Assembly (NCBI GenBank): GCA_016928955.1
Contig: JAFGJV010000047.1
Coordinates: 52,077-72,076, forward strand
Reading direction: 5' to 3'
DNA: 20,000 nucleotides
From: Spirochaetales bacterium
GTDB lineage: Bacteria; Spirochaetota; Spirochaetia; Treponematales; UBA12059
Shown: positions 11,126 to 16,895 of the stretch, one piece after another
Layout of the letters: each line of letters opens with the position of its first letter
How positions within the stretch are numbered: the stretch's first letter is position 1
Translations under genes and position numbers: made by a program
Notes under the pieces: model-generated
Databases searched by the model: none
Seen by the model: the letters and a program-made list of their open reading frames with translations, nothing else
Told to the model about the DNA's origin: nothing

Positions 11126-11288
11126 TAACGACTATCCCTTCGCGCGCGCTGGGGTAGCTGTCCACGGGAGCGTGAAGGGCCGACAAGCGGGGCTTGGCGC
11201 TTCCAAAGCTCGACAATCGCGCGACGGACGATCCGTCCGCCACCATGCTAGCGCAAAGCCCGCTTCTTGTACAGGCAAGCGGCCGAGC

Positions 11289-11318
11289 TTGGCGCCGGGC
11301 CGAAGGGCGTGCTACCAT
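11289..11318 (+). promoter_or_regulatory. Putative extended -10 sigma70 promoter, leaderless
   Basis: TTGGCG (11289-11294), 18 nt, TACCAT (11313-11318) preceded by TGn. The A of the ATG at 11325 is position 7 after the -10 box, and there is no SD. Confidence 0.55.
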
Positions 11319-11324
11319 TCGGGA

Positions 11325-11771
11325 ATGCTGTACGAAACGAGCAAGTCGGTGGACAAGGACAATGTGTACTACACGGTCCGCTGGTCGCCCATCGTCAAGG
11401 CGGACCGGCACGTCATCAACGCGTCCGTCCCTGCCATGGGCGGCATAGCCGAGCTGTACTACCGCGACAGCAAGGGCAAGCTCAACCTGTACCTTTTGGC
11501 CAGGTCGTATTACGGCGGCCTCCGGGCCACCCTGCGCGTGGCCACCGATCCGGTGGAAGAGAAGGACGAGCGCAGGCGGGCGGTTCTCCTGGAGCACGAG
11601 GGCGAGATTTTCTACCGGTATACCTTGCTGGAGTCCCAGGACGACATGAGCGACATCAGCTTCTTTTTCATGAGCACGTACAGCCCCCAGTCGGCCCCGC
11701 AGGCCCACTCGGGCCGCTATGAAAAAATCTTCGTGCGCGAGGTGGATTCCGGCGGCCTGGTAACCATCTGA
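11325..11771 (+). CDS. Hypothetical cytoplasmic protein, 148 aa (possible degenerate GIY-YIG-like fold)
   Basis: The 3' part of track ORF 9981..11771, from MLYETSKSVDKD, has protein-like composition and strongly G/C-ending codons. The upstream part is the antisense shadow of the ATPase genes. Confidence 0.85.
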   Translation: MLYETSKSVDKDNVYYTVRWSPIVKADRHVINASVPAMGGIAELYYRDSKGKLNLYLLARSYYGGLRATLRVATDPVEEKDERRRAVLLEHEGEIFYRYTLLESQDDMSDISFFFMSTYSPQSAPQAHSGRYEKIFVREVDSGGLVTI

Positions 11772-11848
11772 GCCAATTTCAAAAGGGAGCCTCTAAAAAC
11801 TTCAGTTTTTAGAGGCTCCCAAAAGTCTGGTACTTTTGAAATTGGCTC
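11770..11848. repeat. Nested AT-rich palindromes (MITE/REP-like), probably also a bidirectional terminator
   Basis: Outer arms GAGCCAATTTCAAAAG (11770-11785) / CTTTTGAAATTGGCTC (11833-11848). Inner 36-bp palindrome GGGAGCCTCTAAAAACT-TC-AGTTTTTAGAGGCTCCC (11785-11820) is flanked by AAAA on both sides. Lies between convergent genes. Confidence 0.9.
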
Positions 11849-11850
11849 CG

Positions 11851-12408
11851 CTAATTTTTGCAGGGCGGATCAGCCTGCCTCCGGAGGGCTTCCAGGCCCC
11901 AGGCTGCCGTAAAGTCGGCAAGGCGCCCAGGGTCTATCCAGGCGACAACGTGGTCGCGGACGCCCAAAAACCAGTGCCCGGGCGTGTCCCGTTTCCTGCT
12001 TGCGCCCTCGTACCAGCCCCGCTCGCCGTCGGCCGCCGTGAATTCCTCGCCTGCCTCTATTTCGTCGCCAGTCTCCAATAGCACGTAGCCCTCGTCGCCC
12101 CAGAGCACCGTCCGTTCGGCGTACTCGTACCAGGCGCCGCCGGCCCACAGCTTACGGAACAGGTCTGGAATAGGAGCACCCTCGTAGCACAGAAAGTAGG
12201 ATTTTCCTTCCGAGCGCGTTCCGGGGTTGGTGACGACGACGAGTTGTTCCCAGCCGTCTCCGCCCCGCAGCGCGGAACCCGCGCAGGACGCCAGGAGTAG
12301 CGCCAGGACGGCCGCCGCAAGCCGGCTTATGCTTCCTCCCGCTCGAAGAGCGGAGCGCTCCCGGTGTCGTCCGCGGCTACGGTGCGCGTGGGTCAAGAGC
12401 ATGCTCAT
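11851..12408 (-). CDS. Hypothetical lipoprotein, ~185 aa
   Basis: SD GGGAGG 6 nt before the ATG at 12408; hydrophobic stretch and lipobox LAAAVLALLLAS-C; Trp/Gly/Tyr-rich mature region. Start site is uncertain. Confidence 0.75.
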   Translation of the reverse strand: MSMLLTHAHRSRGRHRERSALRAGGSISRLAAAVLALLLASCAGSALRGGDGWEQLVVVTNPGTRSEGKSYFLCYEGAPIPDLFRKLWAGGAWYEYAERTVLWGDEGYVLLETGDEIEAGEEFTAADGERGWYEGASRKRDTPGHWFLGVRDHVVAWIDPGRLADFTAAWGLEALRRQADPPCKN

Positions 12409-12428
12409 GAGCGGCCTCCCTAGGCGCA

Positions 12429-12458
12429 AGTGTAATCCGCGGCTGTCCGCGCGGGCAA
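12429..12458 (-). promoter_or_regulatory. Putative sigma70 promoter of the lipoprotein gene
   Basis: Minus strand TTGCCC (12458-12453), 18 nt, TACACT (12434-12429), then 8 nt to the GGGAGG SD. Confidence 0.5.
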
Positions 12459-12574
12459 GCGTCGGTATGAAGCCTCGCCCTTGGCGCGCTACACTTTGAC
12501 CGTTCCGCTCCGCCGTCCGCATGGAGGCGGGAACCTTAAGCAGGCGCGGCTTCCATGCCGGCCTTGGAGGTTGT

Positions 12575-12694
12575 ATGCGCGTATCCTTCCGGTCAATCCA
12601 GCGGAGCGAGTGCATACTCTACGGGTCGTGCGTGGACGCTTGCCCGTCCGGGGCCTAAAGCCTATCCTTTTGTACACCGCATCGGCTGAGCTAG
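12575..12694 (+). pseudogene. Decayed fragment of a 4Fe-4S binding (ferredoxin-like) gene
   Basis: Translates MRVSFRSIQRSECILYGSCVDACPSGA*SLSFCTPHRLS*. This is the CxxCxxCxxxCP motif with the second Cys as Tyr (TAC) and an internal TAA at 12656-12658. Confidence 0.6.
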
Positions 12695-12737
12695 GAGGGC
12701 CCGGACATCATGTTCCGGGACGGGCAAGGGGGATTTT

Positions 12738-14672
12738 ATGTCCAGCGACACGTCAGGGTTAGCCGGTCCATACGCTCGGGAACTGGCCGTGGCCTTGGAC
12801 GCCGCCCGGGATGCGGGAACCATCCTGCTGGACGCCTATTACGCCCCCGGAGGGCCTCCCGGCTCCGGCGGCAAAAGCCGGGCTGACCTGGCCGCCGAGC
12901 TGGCCATTCGGAAGCGCCTGTCCGATGGCTTTCCCGCCTACGGCCTCCGCGGGGAGGAACTCCCCGAGCTGAACCGCCTGCCGGACGCGTCAACCAAGGC
13001 CGCCGGCTATCCCCGCTGGCTGGTCGACCCGAACGACGGCACGGACGCCTTCCTGCACGGACGCCGGGGCGCGGCCGTGTCCATAGCTCTGGTGGTGGGC
13101 GAGCGGCCCGTGCTCGGGGTGGTGTACGCGTACGCGGCCCGTTCCGGCCTGGGCGACCTCTTCTGGTGGGCTGAGGGCTCGGACCTGTTCAGGAACGGCC
13201 GGCGCGTGGAAGCGGGCGACCGCGTGCGGGTTGCTGGCACGCCCGTGGTCCTGGCCTCGGGGGGTGCGGACACGGCCTCCGCCGCCAACGTGGCCGCGTG
13301 CGCTCCGTTCCGCGTGCGAGCCGAACCCAGCATAGCCTGGCGCCTGGCCCTGGCCGCCGCGGGAGAGGCCGATGCCGCTTTCTCTATCTTCAATCCGAAC
13401 GACTATGACGTGGCCGGAGGCCATGCCCTGCTCCTGGGTGCGGGCGGCGACCTGTACGCGGAGGGTGGGCGGCCCGTACGCTACGAATCCAGCGCGTCGC
13501 CGGACGGGTCCTGGGCCAGGGTGGGCGACTGCTGGGGCGGCGTGGGCTCCGTGCCCGCTGACTTGTCCTTGAGGGACTGGTCGTCCCTCAAGCGGATCAG
13601 GCACCAGCGCCATCCCGATTATCCCTTTATGGCCAGCGACAAAGCCATGATCTGGAACGGCGACCCTGGCGTGCTGGACCGCGCCTGCGGAGCCCTCCTT
13701 GGCATGGTGAGCGGCGACTCTCTTGGAAGCCTGGTGGAATTCCAGACGCCGCAGGACATCGCCGCGCGCTATCCCGGCGGCCCTGACGTCCCGGCCGGGC
13801 CGCGGGATATGGAAAACGGCGGGACCTGGAATACCCTGGCCGGCCAGCCCACGGACGACTCCGAGCTAGGTATCCTGCTGGCGCGCTCCATCGTGAAGGC
13901 CGGTGGCTACGACCAGGCCGAAGCCGCCCGCGCCTACGCTTTCTGGCACGCTACGGCGCCCTTTGACGAAGGCCGTACCTGCGCCCGGGCTTTCTCTGCG
14001 GCCGGAGCTCAGGCGTCGCCCGAGGATACCCGCCGAGCCATGCTGGACGCCGCGGCGGCCGATATGGCCTCGCAGGCCAACGGCGCCCTCATGCGCCTTG
14101 CGCCCCTGGCCGTCTTTGGCTGGAACATGGATCCTGAGCGCGTGGCCAAACTGGCTATGGACGACGCGGCCTTGAGCCATGCCCATCCCGTGTGCCTGGC
14201 AGCCAACGCCGCCTACGCCGTTGCCCTGGCGTCCTTAATCGGGGGCTCTGGCAGGCAAGCGGCCTTGGACGCAGCCGCCCTCGTGGTAAACGGTCAAAGC
14301 CGGGAGTCCGTCCGGCTGGCGTTCTCGGATGCACTGGCCAAGGGTCCCCCGGAAGACGCCACCGTGAACATGGGCTGGGTGCTCGTCGCCTTCCGAAACG
14401 CCTGTGCCCGCCTGGCGGCCGGAGGTGGGCCCGTGGAGGCTATCCGGGACACGGCGGCCATGGGCGGGGACGCGGACACCAATGCCGCGATAGCCGGGGC
14501 CTTGGTCGGAGCCGCCGCCGGCGCGGAAGCCTTTCCGGCGGGCTGGAGGGCGGCCGTGCTTTCGGCCAGGCCGCTTGACGGCGTATACGGACGGCCTCGC
14601 CCTGAACCCCTGTGGCCGGTGGACATCTTTCGTTTGGCCGAGCGCCTAGTCGTGCTCGGAGGCCGGCCCTGA
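12738..14672 (+). CDS. Inositol monophosphatase-family (FIG superfamily) / ADP-ribosylglycohydrolase fusion, 644 aa
   Basis: N-terminal half has ADLAAE, GEE, WLVDPNDGT and YDVAGG (IMPase/CysQ metal motifs). C-terminal half has GALLGMVSGDSLG, GQPTDDSE, ANGALMR and GGDADTNAAIAGAL (DraG/ARH motifs). SD AAGGGGG. Confidence 0.92.
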   Translation: MSSDTSGLAGPYARELAVALDAARDAGTILLDAYYAPGGPPGSGGKSRADLAAELAIRKRLSDGFPAYGLRGEELPELNRLPDASTKAAGYPRWLVDPNDGTDAFLHGRRGAAVSIALVVGERPVLGVVYAYAARSGLGDLFWWAEGSDLFRNGRRVEAGDRVRVAGTPVVLASGGADTASAANVAACAPFRVRAEPSIAWRLALAAAGEADAAFSIFNPNDYDVAGGHALLLGAGGDLYAEGGRPVRYESSASPDGSWARVGDCWGGVGSVPADLSLRDWSSLKRIRHQRHPDYPFMASDKAMIWNGDPGVLDRACGALLGMVSGDSLGSLVEFQTPQDIAARYPGGPDVPAGPRDMENGGTWNTLAGQPTDDSELGILLARSIVKAGGYDQAEAARAYAFWHATAPFDEGRTCARAFSAAGAQASPEDTRRAMLDAAAADMASQANGALMRLAPLAVFGWNMDPERVAKLAMDDAALSHAHPVCLAANAAYAVALASLIGGSGRQAALDAAALVVNGQSRESVRLAFSDALAKGPPEDATVNMGWVLVAFRNACARLAAGGGPVEAIRDTAAMGGDADTNAAIAGALVGAAAGAEAFPAGWRAAVLSARPLDGVYGRPRPEPLWPVDIFRLAERLVVLGGRP

Positions 14673-14837
14673 AACTGTGCCGGAGACCTATGCTGGCGTT
14701 CTTCCTCCATGTGAAACTCTCGGAAAAAATTGTCGAATGGGCGTTCGGGGGATGTAAAACCTAGCGTCCCTGCGCTATATTCTTGTAATCATCGACACTG
14801 TTTCTACAAAAAGTACCTTATCATCCGGAGGCGACCT

Positions 14838-16895
14838 ATGAGGTTCGCGCGTAGCTTGGCCCTTGCCGCGGCTGCCCTTCTGGCCGTGGTCCCCGTGGCC
14901 GCCCAGTCCAATGACGTTACCCTCACCGTGCTGCCCACGGTGGCTCTGCCCATAGGCCCGACCCTGCCGGACGGCCTGCCGTATTTCGAGATCGGCGGCG
15001 GGGGTACTCTGCGCGGGGAATTCACCCCTCAGGCCCTGCCCTGGCTGTTCGGCCGGGCCTTTCTGGATTACGAGCTCCTGCCCATAACCAATTCAAGCCA
15101 GAGCGTGTCCTTTGTGTCCGGCGGCGGGGCCTTGGGAGCGTCCTTTACGCCCACGCCCCGACTGTCGTTCAGGGCCAGCGCCGGGGCCGGCGTGTACTGG
15201 GCCATGGCCGAGGCAGGCACCGTGAGCAACCCCTTCTTTGAGGGCGGCGCGGAACTGCTCCTGCGCCTGAGCCCAACGCTGGCGGCCAGCCTGGGAGCCA
15301 GGTACAAGTACCTGACCGTGCCGGACGACGTCCTGTACCAGGGCGTGTCCATGCAGCTGGGCCTGGCCTACGATCTGGCCGGATCGCGCAAAGGCACGGC
15401 CATAGAGCTCAAGCCCGCGCTTGAGCCGGTCTACCCCCTGTTTTACAGCTACTACGACGCAAATCCCCTGGGCACGGCCGTGCTGGTCAACGGCGAGTCC
15501 CTGCCCGTGGACAAGGTGCGGGTGGAGTTCTATGCCAAGCAGTACATGGACGGACCCAGGCTCTGCCTGGAAGCGTCCAGGCTGGCGTCCGGGGCGACCC
15601 TGGACGTGCCGGTGTACGCCCTGTTCAACGATTCCATCTTCCGTGTGACCGAGGGAACCAAGGCCGCCGGCGAGCTGACCGTGGAGTATTACTACCTTGG
15701 CCGCCGCACGGTAAAAACCATACCCGTTACCCTGACCGTCCAGAACCGCAACGCCATGACCTGGGACGACGACCGCAAGGCTGCCGCCTTTGTCACGGCC
15801 AAGGACCCGGCGGTGCTCGGCTTTGCCAAGAACGTGGCGTCCATGGTCAGGGCAGATACCACGTCTCAGGCCCTGTCCGTGGAATTCCGCACCGCCCTGG
15901 GCGTCTTCCAGGCCTTGAAGGCGTACGGTGTAGGTTATGCCATAGACCCCAACACGCCGTTTAAGTCGCTGTCCGAGAAGAACGACGAGGTGGACTTTCT
16001 CCAGTTCCCCGGCCAGACCCTGTCGTACAGGGCGGGCGACTGCGACGACCTGTCCGTGCTGTACGCTGCCCTGCTCGAGTCGGTGGGCGTGGAAGCTGCC
16101 CTGGTAACGGTGCCCGGGCACATATTCGTGGCTTTCAATTCCGGCCTTACACCCGAGAACGCCGCGCGGGCGTTCAGCGACTCGTCCGGCACCATAGTCC
16201 GGGACGACAAGGTATGGGTACCGGTTGAAGTGACCATGGTCAAGGACGGCTTTGTCCGGGCGTGGAGCGTGGCGGCCACCGAATGGCGCGACGGCCTGGC
16301 CCGAGACCAGGCTGGCTTCTACCCCATCCGCGAGGCCTGGAAAACCTACGAGCCCGTGGGCTTCTCTGAGGGCGGCGTCATGGTGGCCCTGCCCAGCCAG
16401 GACGTGCTCCTGAACTCATACCGTTCCGAACTGGACAAATTCTCCCGCAACCAGATTGTCGCCCGCGTCGCTTCCCTGCAGGCCCAGATCAACTCCGGCA
16501 AGGACGCTGACCGCGCCGCAAACCGCCTGGGCATTCTGTACGCCCAGTTTGGCCTGTTGGACGACGCCATGGCCCAGTTCAGCTACGCCATCAACAAGAC
16601 GGGCCTCAGGGAGGCCATGGTCAACATGGGCAACGTGGAATTCCTGCAGGGCGACATGGCCGCCGCCCGCGTCTGGTACGAACGCTCCCTGGCCAAGGCT
16701 CCCGGAGACCTGGCCAGCCTGGTAGGACTGTCCCGTTCCCTGCAGGCCCTGGGCGATCTGTCAGCCTTCCAGTCCGCCTTGGCCAAGCTCCAGGAGGCCA
16801 GCCCGGCCCTGGTAGCCCGCTATTTCCCTGAAGGGTCAAGCACCGCCCGCGCATCTGAAGCGGTGGAGAGGAACGTGGAACTATGGAACGAATGA
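14838..16895 (+). CDS. Exported protein: signal peptide + 8-stranded outer-membrane beta-barrel + Ig-like linker + transglutaminase-like domain + TPR, 685 aa
   Basis: SD GGAGG 6 nt before the ATG at 14838; signal peptide ending VAA|Q; amphipathic strands ending MQLGLAYDL; GDCDD...PGHIF...VPVEVT triad; TPR-like ANRLGILYAQFG and AMVNMGNVEFLQGD. Confidence 0.85.
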   Translation: MRFARSLALAAAALLAVVPVAAQSNDVTLTVLPTVALPIGPTLPDGLPYFEIGGGGTLRGEFTPQALPWLFGRAFLDYELLPITNSSQSVSFVSGGGALGASFTPTPRLSFRASAGAGVYWAMAEAGTVSNPFFEGGAELLLRLSPTLAASLGARYKYLTVPDDVLYQGVSMQLGLAYDLAGSRKGTAIELKPALEPVYPLFYSYYDANPLGTAVLVNGESLPVDKVRVEFYAKQYMDGPRLCLEASRLASGATLDVPVYALFNDSIFRVTEGTKAAGELTVEYYYLGRRTVKTIPVTLTVQNRNAMTWDDDRKAAAFVTAKDPAVLGFAKNVASMVRADTTSQALSVEFRTALGVFQALKAYGVGYAIDPNTPFKSLSEKNDEVDFLQFPGQTLSYRAGDCDDLSVLYAALLESVGVEAALVTVPGHIFVAFNSGLTPENAARAFSDSSGTIVRDDKVWVPVEVTMVKDGFVRAWSVAATEWRDGLARDQAGFYPIREAWKTYEPVGFSEGGVMVALPSQDVLLNSYRSELDKFSRNQIVARVASLQAQINSGKDADRAANRLGILYAQFGLLDDAMAQFSYAINKTGLREAMVNMGNVEFLQGDMAAARVWYERSLAKAPGDLASLVGLSRSLQALGDLSAFQSALAKLQEASPALVARYFPEGSSTARASEAVERNVELWNE

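Noticed and set aside
2234..11324. Long plus-strand ORFs (3786..4640, 5341..6411, 8377..9771, 5' part of 9981..11771) and alternative-frame minus ORFs (3424..4419, 4796..5962)
   Set aside because: All overlap clearly identified ATPase subunits and have Arg/Gly/Pro-rich shadow composition.
11770..11848. Palindromic 36-bp unit considered as a CRISPR repeat
   Set aside because: Single copy, no spacers and no cas genes in the window.
12553..12563. Minus-strand GGCCGGCATGG, identical to the 5' end of the HDV genomic ribozyme
   Set aside because: No downstream P1 partner strand or nested pseudoknot elements are visible; an 11-nt GC-rich match is likely chance.
12578..12600. Minus-strand GACCGGAAGGATACGC, loosely like the SRP RNA GGAA tetraloop region
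   Set aside because: Lacks the conserved CAGG and AGCAG internal-loop sequences of SRP domain IV.
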